A DNA stretch of 63,631 nucleotides, filler included, from Octopus bimaculoides (GCF_001194135.2; 5 parts of 5 records of this genome joined end to end with filler, not necessarily neighbours in it), one strand, 5' to 3'. Shown: positions 14,063 through 24,847, counted from the whole stretch's first letter. Numbers and translations: made by a program. The notes: a model not told the origin generated them from the sequence alone.

Positions 14063-14124
14063 AAACCCAAGACCCTCCCAGGAACAATGGATGGAGAAGA
14101 TGAAGGGGAAGGTGGTATCCATAC

Positions 14125-14277
14125 CTGTTCAACACGTGGGTCATCAATAATTGCTTTATGAACAATCGCCATCACAGTATTTTCACAGCCTTTTTGAAGA
14201 TAAGGTTCACCAAACCAGTAGATGTTATCAAAAGCAATGGTTCCTCGTGGGGCCAATATGTTATTGTCCAACACTGA
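14125..14277 (-). CDS. O-methyltransferase coding exon 4 (DN metal-binding motif)
   Basis: Acceptor aaattttag|TCA; 153 bp, phase 0 to 0; SVLDNNILAPRGTIAFDNIYWFGEPYLQKGCENTVMAIVHKAIIDDPRVEQ; probable donor CAG|GTATGG. Confidence 0.92.
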
Positions 14278-14374
14278 CTAAAATTTACAAAAATCAAAAA
14301 CAAAAAAGAAACACTTAAGAAAATAAAATAACCAACAAAGAATAATAATAATACTCAAATTGAATATATTAACC

Positions 14375-14560
14375 ATCATCATCATCATCATCATCATTTG
14401 ACTGGAACTGGTAAGCTAGAGAACTGCACCAGGCTCCAGTCTGATTTGGGCTGGGTTTCTATGGCTGGATGCTCTTCCTAATGCCAACCACTCCACAGAG
14501 TGTACTTGGTGCCCTTTATATACCACTGGCACTGGTCACAACTAAGCTTGACATGTTTTC
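14375..14560 (-). mobile_element. RTE/Expander-like 3' end in OMT intron 3 (another copy at ~17470-17685 +)
   Basis: Minus strand gttggcattaggaagagcatccagccatagaaacc ... followed by a (GAT)n tail. Confidence 0.55.
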
Positions 14561-14605
14561 TCAAGCACAGAAAATCACCATTTGTCTCAGACAGACAGCT
14601 TTAAG

Positions 14606-14651
<46 letters not shown>

Positions 14652-14715
14652 TAGAAAGTGAGAGATAGGAGAGCTGGACAGGTAGATGGACAAGTAGACA
14701 GAGATGCTGTGTTAC

Positions 14716-14816
14716 CTTGAAGTAATCTATGTATCCAGACTTGTCTGCATCGATGAAGATAAAGTCTGCCTTTACACCTTCCTTTGCCAGGGTCTTCAAT
14801 GTCTCCAGGGCTGGGC
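14716..14816 (-). CDS. O-methyltransferase coding exon 3 (FIDADK motif)
   Basis: Acceptor cctcacccctag|GC; 101 bp, phase 1 to 0; PALETLKTLAKEGVKADFIFIDADKSGYIDYFK; donor AAG|GTAACA. Confidence 0.95.
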
Positions 14817-15249
14817 CTAGGGGTGAGGAACAAAGAGAAGAAGTGTGAGTGAGGGGCTAGGGATGTTATTCTCATTACTACAACCCATGACCTATCGTTT
14901 TACACAAACTCACCACCATCACCATCACACTCGCGCACTCACACACACATACACCCAAGGCTTCAAAGAAGCCTTGGGTGTATGCGTGTGTGATCTGTGT
15001 CTTGATGATGACAGAAGGGGTCAGGAGACGGTAGTCATGTGACTATATTCCAACATCCTACTTGACCATGTGAACACATCCCACGTGAGTCACTCTAGTA
15101 ACACTCCAGGTGACCACATTTCACGACTGAGGAGAGTGCATTAAAGTAAATAATGCATTGACGAATACACAGGCAAGTGCAACGAAGGACATACAAGAAG
15201 TGCATCAAGGAGTGAACATATGCAGGACAGACATGCAACATGTGCTTAC

Positions 15250-15459
15250 CAATTTTGATGGTGATTTTCTTGCCATGTGGACTTTTATCAAAGAAGCTGC
15301 GAGCAGATTTCTCAAGGTAGGGTTCAATGTCACACGCAAACAGCTGCCCATCGGCCGGAAGGGCTTCAGCCATGGACAAACTTGCAAATCCAGTAAACAT
15401 GCCAATTTCTATCACAGTTTTGGCTTTCTGCATGCTGACCAGCATCTTGAGGACTTGAC
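15250..15459 (-). CDS. O-methyltransferase coding exon 2 (SAM-binding motif I)
   Basis: Acceptor ttttgcag|GT; 210 bp, phase 1 to 1; QVLKMLVSMQKAKTVIEIGMFTGFASLSMAEALPADGQLFACDIEPYL...DKSPHGKKITIKI(G); donor G|GTAAGC. Confidence 0.95.
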
Positions 15460-15814
15460 CTGCAAAAACAGAAATTATAGGGGTCAGTAATGAGAGTGGA
15501 CAAGTGGTAGGGGGATAGGATGGTGGTGGTGCTGGGGTGTAGGGGTTTGATGATTTTCTTTGTTGCAAAATTTTCGTACAAAGTTTAGTGTAACATTCAG
15601 AGAAAATCAAAGTACCCTAACATCACCTTCACCACCACCACCACCACCAACAACAACATCATTATCATCATCATCATCAACACCACCAACAACAACATCA
15701 TCTTCATCCCATGCTTACCTGAGTCAAATGGGATTTGTCAACACAGATATGCTATGACAAGATGCTCTTCCTGTCACCAACACTCATCTGTTTCCATAGA
15801 CACACACAAATATA

Positions 15815-16027
15815 TGAAGGGGTGCTGAAAAGTTACTGGCTTTGAGTAAAAGAAAATACAGGGGGATCAATTATGATTTTATTCAACATATTCCCCTCTC
15901 AGATCCATATACTTATTGCAGTAACCCTTCAGATTTTCTAAGCCCTGTAAAAGAACTCGGAAGGCTGAGCTTCCAGCCAGGCCTTCCATGATACCCCTAA
16001 AACCAGGAATTTTTCAGCACCCCATCG
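15815..16027. mobile_element. Mariner-derived MITE in OMT intron 1
   Basis: TIRs tgaaggggtgctgaaaagtt / aatttttcagcaccccatcg flanked by TA; a related right end lies at ~45670-45768. Confidence 0.75.
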
Positions 16028-16321
16028 TATATACGATGGGCTTCTTTGAGATTATATATACCAAATCCCCCAGCTTGGCACAAGTGACATCACAACTCAT
16101 TTCTACAGCTGAGTGAATTGGAGCAACGTTAAATAAAGAGTCTTGCTCAAGAACACAACACACCACCTGATCTGAGAATTGAACCCACTATCTCACAATT
16201 GTGGGCCTGACGCTCTAACCACTGAGCCATATGCACACACACACACATACAAACTATTTATGGAAGTGCCCCAGTATGGCCACAGTTCCAATGAATGAAA
16301 TGAGTAAAAGATAATAGATAC

Positions 16322-16604
16322 CTGCCCATTCTCCCGACGCCATATTAGGGCCCAGCCTATACTGTGTGACTTTCTGCTGGGCCAAAAGTTCCCAATTATT
16401 GGTGTTAGTAAACTGAAGAATTTCCTGACGAACTGGTGTCACCGGAGTGTTTAAGTTCAGTGCATAACAGTCACGCTTGATGTGCATCTGCAAGATTTTC
16501 AGAAGTCGTTCTTTGGTCCCTTTGTCTTCAGTGCTCTCATACCAAAGCTTTAGCTCCTTCAGAGCTGGGTCATATAAAGGTAATCCTTTTAAACTGTTGT
16601 CCAT
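16322..16604 (-). CDS. O-methyltransferase (CCoAOMT/COMTD1 family, MysB/MT-Ox-like), coding exon 1
   Basis: ATG at 16604-16602 in context aaacaATGG with an in-frame TAA two codons upstream; encodes MDNSLKGLPL...YRLGPNMASGEWA(G); donor G|GTATCT at 16321, phase 1. Confidence 0.85.
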
Positions 16605-16715
16605 TGTTTACTGTTTGGGTGTTGGATTGGTCAGTTGGCTGGTCAGGTTAGAGTTGGTCAAAGTAGGGAACAGGTAACCAGAGAAGAAAAAAAGGAAAGA
16701 AATGAGAGAAAAAAT
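16605..16715 (-). promoter_or_regulatory. Probable 3' splice site upstream of the OMT start codon (implies an upstream 5' UTR exon)
   Basis: Minus strand: long polypyrimidine tract, ctctaac/ctgac branch-like motifs, then cag ending at 16639, 34 nt before the ATG. Confidence 0.5.
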
Positions 16716-16745
16716 TTATTATAAGATACAATACACACACATATA

Positions 16746-17240
16746 CAGGGTGTGGTCAATAAACTGTTGTCTAAATTATGCAAAAATGAAAATAACACTG
16801 ACATCTCATTTTAACAGATATATTTACCAAAATTATATAAAAATATCTTGAAATATGAAAGAGTAAATATATTCAATAAAATCGCCATTGGCATTCGGAA
16901 TCTCCTGCAACTCTTCTGGGTGGTTTCTTTGTTTAAGTTGGTGAATGCTGCCATAATCCTTGCCTTCAGTTCATCTTTGGTGTGTTACAAGGTGTTCAAA
17001 TGCACCCCACACATCATAATCAAGGGGGTTGCAGTGTGGGGAATTAGGTGGCCAGATGTTAGGGGTGATATGGTCGCAGAAATTGCCTGACAACCATGAA
17101 TGGGTTCTCCTGCTTGTGTGGCATGGGGCAGAGTCCTGTTGCCAGACATAGGGTCTCCCAGAAGCCACCCTCTTCACTCAGGGCAGCACTACCTCCTCCA
17201 AGCACTTAATGTAAGCCTTCTCTGTTGAGTCTGAGGCCAT
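16746..17240 (-). mobile_element. maT (DD37D) Tc1/mariner transposon, 3' fragment
   Basis: WQQDSAPCH...WPPNSPHCNPLDY with 37 residues between the catalytic Ds; terminal cagggtg preceded by TA at 16744-16745. Confidence 0.85.
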
Positions 17241-18533
17241 GATTCTGAGCAAAAATTAGAAACAGTTCTTTATATTCTGAGTTCAAATCTCACAGAGGTC
17301 ACCACTGTCTTCATCGTAGCCAATGAAGGTGTGGGCGAAGAGTGTTAATAGTATTATTAATTATTACTGGCTGAAACCTGTTCTGCCCTGGACACTTCTC
17401 TTATAATTTTACCCGTGCCTCAACTCCTAGCAGAAAGCTTCCTGCTCTGGGTTTACAATTGCGCAAACTGCATGATAGCCTCGGTGGTGCGGGTGGCACA
17501 GTAAAAAGTACTTGGTACGCACATTAAAATGTTGGGTGGCAGGAAGGGTGCCAGGCTGTAGGAACTGTGCCAAAGCGGACATTGAAGCACAATGCAGTCC
17601 TTCGATCTATAGGATCCTGTCAAACCGTTCAACCCATACCAGCACGGAAAAAGGGACATTAAAAGATGAGGAGGAGGGGGAGGATATTTACACTCCATGT
17701 TTTCCCTTTTCCAAACTTGCTGCTTAGGTATGAGAAATTTATTCGCTGGCTTAACTAATCAACAATAGACCCAGATAAACTGGTTAGGACAGGTTGTGTA
17801 TAACTTAGGAAGGGGGTTAAGTTTGCGGTGTGGTGTAAGCAAATTTATGTTTTCAATTTTTCTTAAAAACTCTGTCAGAAATTATTTATCATATATTGTT
17901 ATCGTGGCATTTCGTTTTAATAATTTAATCCTTTATTTCATTTTTTTTAGAATTATTTCCCTTACATCTGAAGCAAAAGTTAAACTGAATTTTCTCCCTT
18001 GAAAGTCTTATCTCTGAATTTGCGATTCGTTGGAAGAGATGAGAAACTGAGGGAATCCTCTAAGATTTGAACTTGGGTCATGAATAGTAGCATTTGTTCG
18101 ACTAAAGGCGGTGCTCCAGCATGGTCGCAGTCAAATGACTGAAACAAGTTAAAGAGTATATCGCACAGAAACTTTTAAGAGTGTCCTTAATTTTTAACTA
18201 GGGCAGTATTTGTAATTATAGGGATTTATCTAGCAGACTCAAATAGAGTTATTTGTTATGATTAATGATACTGGATATCACTACCAGGTATAACTCTTTC
18301 GACTAACACCGCTGGTCAACTGGTCATTTTCCCCACTCACTGCTCTATTCATCTACGTGAAGCAACTGTACACGTACATGTTATCTTCTAAGGTTTTGCA
18401 AAAATTTAAGCCTAAAGACCTGACGAACCTTTCCCTTTTTTCTTTCCCTTTTTTTCTTTCCCTTTTTTCTTTTCCTTTTTTCTCCTGTCAACCCTTCACC
18501 TCCTCTCAAAATTTTCTTTTTCAGTCACATATT

Positions 18534-18917
18534 GTTGTTGGCACTCCGTCGCTTACGTCGTCGAGGGTTCCAGTTGATCCGATCAACGGAACAGCCTGTT
18601 CGTGAAATTAACGTGCAAGTGGCTGAGCACTCCACAGACACGTGTACCCTTAACGTAGTTCTCGGGGGATATCCAGCGTGACACAGTGTGACAAGGCTGA
18701 CCCTTTGAATTACAGGCACAACAGAAACAGGAAGTAAGAGTGAGAGAAAGTTGTGGTGAAAGAGTACAGCAGGGTTCGCCACCATCCCCTGCCGGAGTCT
18801 CGTGGTGCTTTAGGTGTTTTCGCTCAATAAACACTCACAACGCCCGGTCTGGGAATCGAAACCGCGATCCTATGACCGCGAGTCCGCTGCCCTAACCACC
18901 GGGCCATTGCGCCTCCA
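18534..18917 (-). mobile_element. tRNA-derived SINE family C, full length, young
   Basis: A box tggcccggtgg and B box ggtttcgattccc on the minus strand, (CAA)n tail, 12-bp TSD cagtcacatatt at 18522-18533 and 18918-18929. Confidence 0.92.
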
Positions 18918-19244
18918 CAGTCACATATTATATATGAATGAAAGCTCATTAAAAACTCTTTTTTAGTGTGCTAGAAATAGCAGCGATCACATAGTTATTA
19001 TTGTAAAGTTTATAGCGTTCCAGGTGGCCAAACCAACAAAATCACTTCTTCATTTGAAAGGGAAAAATATGTATTCATATGTTTAATATATAACTATGTC
19101 ACAAGTGAAGCGTTAACTTCTATTATTTCGATAGAATAATAGATGTTTTATAGAATATTAATGTATTGTATTGTTATGTTTAATATATCACTGTCACGCG
19201 TGAAGCAACGTGAGGATGGCTACAATTGTTTTGTTTATTGTTTA

Positions 19245-19650
19245 CAATTGTATGTATTATCTTTGACTTTTTCGGTCATTGGACGGCGTCCTTGCTGGGG
19301 CACATCATTGACTGGTTTTAGTTGAACAAAACGACCTTTGTAAGTTTTTGTTCTTTAAAATCTGGTACTTAGTCTATCGGATTCTTATTGCCGAACCACT
19401 AAGTTACGTGGACGTAAAGAAACCATTACTAGTTGTCAAAACGAGAGATTGAAGGGCAAACACGCACGCACGCACACACATATACGACGAGCTTCCACGC
19501 AGTTTCCGCCTTCTACTAAATTCACTCGCATGGCTTTGGTCAGAGCTATAGTAGATGACAAAATCTCCCAAGGTGCCACGCAGTAGGACTGAACCAGAGA
19601 CCATATGGGCGCAAAGCGAACTCCGTAACCGCACAATCATACCTGATGCA
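19245..19650 (-). mobile_element. SINE family A, diverged
   Basis: gccgaaccactaagttacg, tatacgacgagcttc, ccaaggtgccacgcagtaggactgaacc. Confidence 0.75.
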
Positions 19651-20175
19651 CAATTCTGAAAAAAGAAACTACTTATTTATATTTCCACCCAACCCACCAA
19701 AGTAAAAAATCAAGTATTTTATACTAATTGCCATCGAGCTTACGATAATGTTTTTCCTATCGTTATGTTGATGCGCGTACATAATAATTAAATATCATAA
19801 TAATTAAATATCATAATAATTAAATACGCCCATCAATCACGGACTGTAATCCTAACTTGGCTACGTCCATCATTAGAGCGGTTGCAGCTTAAATAATTTC
19901 GATGAATTTTAACATGTTTACACATTTTCTAGATTTCGTATTTAAAACTGTGTTGTTGTCTTTGCTTTTTATCAATCATTGAAGCAACATCTGGAAATCT
20001 TTTTTAGAGGGGAAAATATTTAAGACTACACCGTTCCCATTTTGAGGAATGTTTGCTATTGTCCGTGTTTTGTTAGAAAAACGTGACTCTTATGTAACAC
20101 AGCAAGAAGGAGGAGCCTGTACGTGACTGGTTGTTTGATTTGCTAGAAATAACAGCCAAATCTGCTACAAACTAC

Positions 20176-20556
20176 TAGGTACAGGTATGGGTGTGTCGTA
20201 AGAAGTTTACTTCCCAATCACATGGTCCTGGGTGTGGCTCCACTGCGTGACACCTTCAGCAGATGTCTTCTGCGATAACCTTAGGCTGATCAAAGTCTTG
20301 TGAGTGCATTTGGTAGGCTGAAACTGAAAGCCTGTCGTGTGTGTACATTTGTGTTTATTTGTCCCCTTCCACCGCTTGACAACCCCTGTCTGTTTGTTTA
20401 CGTCCCCCGTAACATTAGCAGCTCGGCAAAAAGAAAACGATAAAATAAGTACTAGGCTTTAAGAAAAAAGCTAGTCTTAGGGTCGATTTGTTCGTCTAAG
20501 CCCTTAAAGGCTGTGCCCAGCAGGGTCGCAGTCTAATGACTGAAACAAGTAAAAAG
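20176..20556 (+). mobile_element. SINE family A, diverged
   Basis: Head gtgtcgtaagaagtttacttcccaatcacatggtc through tail gtcgcagtctaatgactgaaacaagtaaaa. Confidence 0.75.
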
Positions 20557-21122
20557 TCTTTGTAAAAAAAAAAAAAAATGTCATTAAATATTGAAGTCCT
20601 AGATGTCCTAAATAGACAGGATAGCCATGGCTAGAATGCCTTTAGGACATAGGTCTGTTTCTTCGCGATTGAACTAGGACAAAACAACGACCACGAAAGT
20701 CTCCGTGTTTTATTCGTGCGACAATTAACCTTTGTATTACGTATGCATTTCTATGCTTGCGTGTCTGTGTGTGTGTTCATTTATAATCTATAATTGCATA
20801 TATTTTCTTCACTACAAACAACTCCCGCATGTCAGTAAACGTAGGATTCAAGTTGCACAGATACATTTCAGCGTATGTCAAAGACAGTCACTGATACTTG
20901 GCTATTAATGATGTCGGTAAGTGCGCCACAGACTTTGGAACTTCAGGTTTGAGTCTCCCTAACGGTCACACGCTCGAAATAGGGAGTAGTAAAACAGTCG
21001 ACAACTGACGAGGAGTTATCTTCTTTCGGTACTTTGTCCTCTGCTTATCTCTCGTGTGCTTACGTATGTTTCACTCGTTGGTGATGTCCTGTACTTAATG
21101 TGTATTTTATATACATACATAC

Positions 21123-21237
21123 ATTAAATCTCTGAGCGAGATGTAAACAGTAGCAATACGGAATCGTAACATATAATTGCCAATTATATGTTACGATTCC
21201 GTATTGCTACTGTTTACATTTCGCTCAGAGATTTAAT
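21123..21237. repeat. 115-bp near-perfect palindrome
   Basis: 57-bp arms, 1-nt centre (21180), one G-T mismatch (21140/21220). Confidence 0.97.
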
Positions 21238-21332
21238 ATAGCTTATTTCTCCTTTTTCGAGATCAGCGACGGTTCGTCGCTGGAAAAACCATATAGTATT
21301 TTGCGAGTGAGATGACTTTTCATCACTAGCTG

Positions 21333-21391
21333 GTGATTAACACACGCTGAGGACGGGTAACCACTCAGAAACTCGGGTCCGTGTGTATCAC
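21333..21391 (+). ncRNA. Minimal type I hammerhead ribozyme-like motif (probably decayed)
   Basis: ACACACG-CUGAGGA-[14 nt]-GAAA-C-UCGG-G-UC-CGUGUGU; stem I is perfect, stem II is imperfect. Confidence 0.5.
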
Positions 21392-21548
21392 GTAAGGCTA
21401 GAGATGGGAGCGATGACTTCCCCTCACAAATACTANNNNNNNNNNNNNNNNNNNNNNNNNNNNNNNNNNNNNNNNNNNNTTAATTAATTAANNNNNNNNN
21501 NNNNNNNNNNNNNNNNNNNNNNNNNNNNNNNNNNNTATAGATATATAG

Positions 21549-21586
<38 letters not shown>

Positions 21587-22101
21587 ATATACATATATAT
21601 ACGAAGTATGCACGTGTGTATGTCTTTGTTCCAGCGTCTGTCTCCTTATCAGCTTGACAGCTGGTGTTGATGTTTTTATGTCTCTGTAACTTAGCGGTTC
21701 GGCAAAAGAGACGATAGAATAAGTACCAGACTTAAAACAAAATGTACTGGGGTCGATTTATTGGACTAAAATTCTTAAAAGCGTTTCCCAAACATGGCCG
21801 CAGTCTAATGAATGGAACAACTGAAAAGTAAAAAATAAAAGCTAAATCATTACCGATGCCAAAGAAAACCCCCATCAAACTACGCACCGCCTTGAACATG
21901 AGCCGTATTCTGACGGAACACTTACAAGCCCTCTCTATCATCGATGACTTTTACTGTCGAAAGTACAGCATTAACATAGTCAGGACCATATTGCAAAGAC
22001 AGTGCAATCTGTTCAGGTTGCAATATTTCAGATATTAACAAAAGCCGACTCTAATTCTACAAAGCTTATGTGTGAATGTGACAATCGAGGATTACTACAA
22101 C

Positions 22102-22183
<82 letters not shown>

Positions 22184-22189
22184 AAACAG

Positions 22190-22450
22190 GATTTCTAGCT
22201 CAGTTCCACCGTGATGCAGTGACTTGCACATTGTGTTTTTGCAGGGCAAATTGTTAGATATACTACTATTATTAATAATGCTAATACATTTTTGGAAAGC
22301 ATAAATAAACTGTTAAGACATTTAGTAAAAGAAGGGTATAAATATGGTAAATTGGTTAAAACTTTTAATCGCTGTTTAGGTAGGAAACTTGAAATTTTAA
22401 ATAAATATTGGGAAATATCGAGTCTTCAACTTAGCAAATATTTGTAAGGA
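22190..22450 (+). mobile_element. Penelope-like element RT C-terminal fragment
   Basis: VFAGQIVRYTTIINNANTFLESINKLLRHLVKEGYKYGKLVKTFNR resembles the PLE SQLIRY...L..QGY...L...F motif. Confidence 0.55.
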
Positions 22451-23284
22451 TTTGGAATGTTTACGATTCCAGTTATTTACTATGTCACTAATATTGTTTA
22501 TGACAATTGAGAAAGTAGTAATTACGCTCTACGTCATCAATAGTTAAGTTAGTCCTTTAAAATCTTGGAGATGGTACCGCGTGTCTGATAAAACATATGT
22601 ATTAATACTTGTAGTTCTATTATCTTTTTAACAGCTTTGATTAGTTTTAAACATAGCATGGTTTTATATAATAGTTAATTACAAGCATTTTTATTAGTTC
22701 CAATTTAATAAAATTTAATGTTTCTATTAGTTACTGTTATTTTAATATTATAGCTTGTAGCGGTGATATATTAATGACTATGTAGAGTTTAATCATAAAC
22801 TTTTGAATGATGAAATTATGTATTTCACTCATAATTATTATATTATCAATTAAATTAAATTCAATCGTGTTTCTTTTGGTTTGGAGAGATTTATAAGCTT
22901 TAACTTTTATTGCAGTAGTAACTATGGAATACTGATAGAATTATTATTTGTATAGACTTAAAGATTGGTCGTGATTTAGCATATGATTTAGTTATTGCAG
23001 GTTTACTATTAAGATCGATACGATGTACATTGGTTTATATGTTTCTTTGTCGTAGTTTTATTAAAGTTAGTGTTTAATCCTGCCTATAAATTGATTGATT
23101 GTATGAATGTAGTTATTAAGCTTTCACTTTTATATTATACTATGGAAGACGGTAGGGGTTATAATTTTTGTATGACTTAATAGATTGGTCGCTGTTAAGT
23201 TACGTATTTAGGAGTTCGTTGTAATTTACTTATTGAATTTATTTTTCCGATTCGGTTGTACTAGTCAGTCTTAGATCTGGCTGC

Positions 23285-24310
23285 TACTCCCTGCTTCTTC
23301 CTTCACTTTCTTTAACCATACTGCATCTCCGTTATGATTGATTGGCTTATCCCAAATATTACTCCAGAACTTTCTAGATTCTTCTGCCTTAGGTTTCTCG
23401 TCTTCAGTACTTCTTTCTCCACTATTTATTTGGTTATAAACTTTCCTATCGCCCTCTCTAATGGTCTATACTGTTGATACTGATCTATTCTTTTCTGATA
23501 TCTGGAAAGTTTATCTGCTACTGCTATGATATGCTGTTTCAACTCTTGAATGATTGTCTCAAATCCTTTCTCTTTGACTAATACATTTTCTCAAGTGAAG
23601 GTGAAGATCTAAATCTTGTGTTTCCTAACTTGTTCAGTTTCCAGGCTTCTATTCTACTCAGATCTTGTCTTAAAAGTTTTCACTTTATTTTGTAGTCTCC
23701 TTTTCCACTTTTGCTCTTTTTAAATCTTTCCTGTGAAGTGAAATATCTAATCTTCTAGTAACTACCACCTCTTCCTGCATAGATCAATAAGGTAGTATCA
23801 CCTATATTTTCAGTATATTCCCTACTGATAAAAGAACCTACTTTCCTAGCCATATCTAGCAACTTCCTTCTGTTAGCACCTTTCAATGCTGACAGTCTTT
23901 TTCTTACGTCTTTACTCATTACTTCCTGCAACTCGTCTGAACTCTTCTGATCTTCTTCTCTTAAATCACTTAAGTCACTGGTGCCAGTTGTTCTTTCCTT
24001 ACTGGTAGCGCTATTATTAGTTTTTCCTTTAGGTTCTTCTTTGGTTTGAATTGCACCTCTTATGCTGTTGTTGTTTGTCATTCCTATTGCCTGGTCTTCC
24101 TTCTCGAGTTCTCTTGTGATCTCTTCTATCTCCAATTCTGTCATCCACTGTCTTCTCCAAATAGCATTAGCTTGATCTACTTGTCTCTGTTCAGTTACTT
24201 TAAACATACCCTTCTCTACCCAAAGTGTTAACACCTGTTTCCCATAACCCCTTCTTGCTGTTCTATTTGCGGTTGTTCTTTACTTGAAAGCAGGCAGTAA
24301 CAAATCACCG
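23285..24310 (-). mobile_element. R4/Dong-like non-LTR retrotransposon, N-terminal ORF fragment
   Basis: LWVEKGMFKVTEQRQVDQANAIWRRQWMTELEIEEI and PKAEESRKFWSNIWDKPINHNGDAVWL, motifs typical of R4-clade ORFs upstream of the RT; disrupted by stops and frameshifts. Confidence 0.75.
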
Positions 24311-24319
24311 AAGGTTTCA

Positions 24320-24430
24320 AGTATTGCCTTTTCCTGTGACTCAAGAGACAATACTCTCCTTAGAATGTGAGCTGTATCCAACAATGCCGTCTTCTGGATC
24401 ACTTCAGACTGGCAGCAGCTTCAGTATTTT
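24320..24430 (-). mobile_element. R4-like element C-terminal fragment
   Basis: Minus frame IQKTALLDTAHILRRVLS, the conserved end of the REL endonuclease ORF. Confidence 0.7.
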
Positions 24431-24534
24431 TCTTCTTCTTCTTCTTCTTCTTCTTCTTCTTCTTCTTCTTCTTCTTCTTCTTCTTCTTCTTCTTCTTCTT
24501 CTTCTTCTTCTTCTTCTTCTTCTTCTTCTTCTTC
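24430..24534. repeat. (TTC)n microsatellite
   Basis: ~35 perfect units. Confidence 0.97.
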
Positions 24535-24535
24535 A

Positions 24536-24618
24536 TTTTATCATGTGCCTTCACTGCACTACCAAGCGCAGCTCTGTGTGCCTTGGGTGTGTGCTGTGGT
24601 TTGTTGTGATGCTCTTAT
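24536..24618 (-). repeat. ~80-bp 3'-UTR-like unit, second copy at 25118-25192
   Basis: accaagcgcagctctgtgtgccttgggtgtgtgctgtggtttgttgtgatgctctta is repeated with few mismatches; each copy is followed on the minus strand by a GAA/TAA tail. Confidence 0.75.
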
Positions 24619-24847
24619 TTTTACTGTATTGAAAATGTTTTACGTAGAATGTATGCGGTGCCTAGTAGTACTATTTTCTGTATGTTATATATACTTGTTA
24701 GCCCTGGTGTTTTTGTTATGCATTTGTTTGAATATTTTTTTTTATCATTCCTAATGCGTCTACTATGATAGGAATTGTTTCTGTTTTTTAAGACTCCACA
24801 TTCGATTTACCTCTATGTCCAGATATTTATTATCATTATTATTATTA

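Noticed and set aside
1-14124. Search for downstream SDR (Ox) or DDGS/EEVS exons that would complete an MT-Ox or MAA cluster
   Set aside because: No TGxxxGIG, YxxxK or sugar-phosphate-cyclase motif was recognised in any frame; small exons or gap content cannot be excluded.
20998-21040. gacaa-CTGACGA-ggag-ttat-cttc...ttgtc hammerhead-like start
   Set aside because: The GAAA/NUH half of the core is absent.
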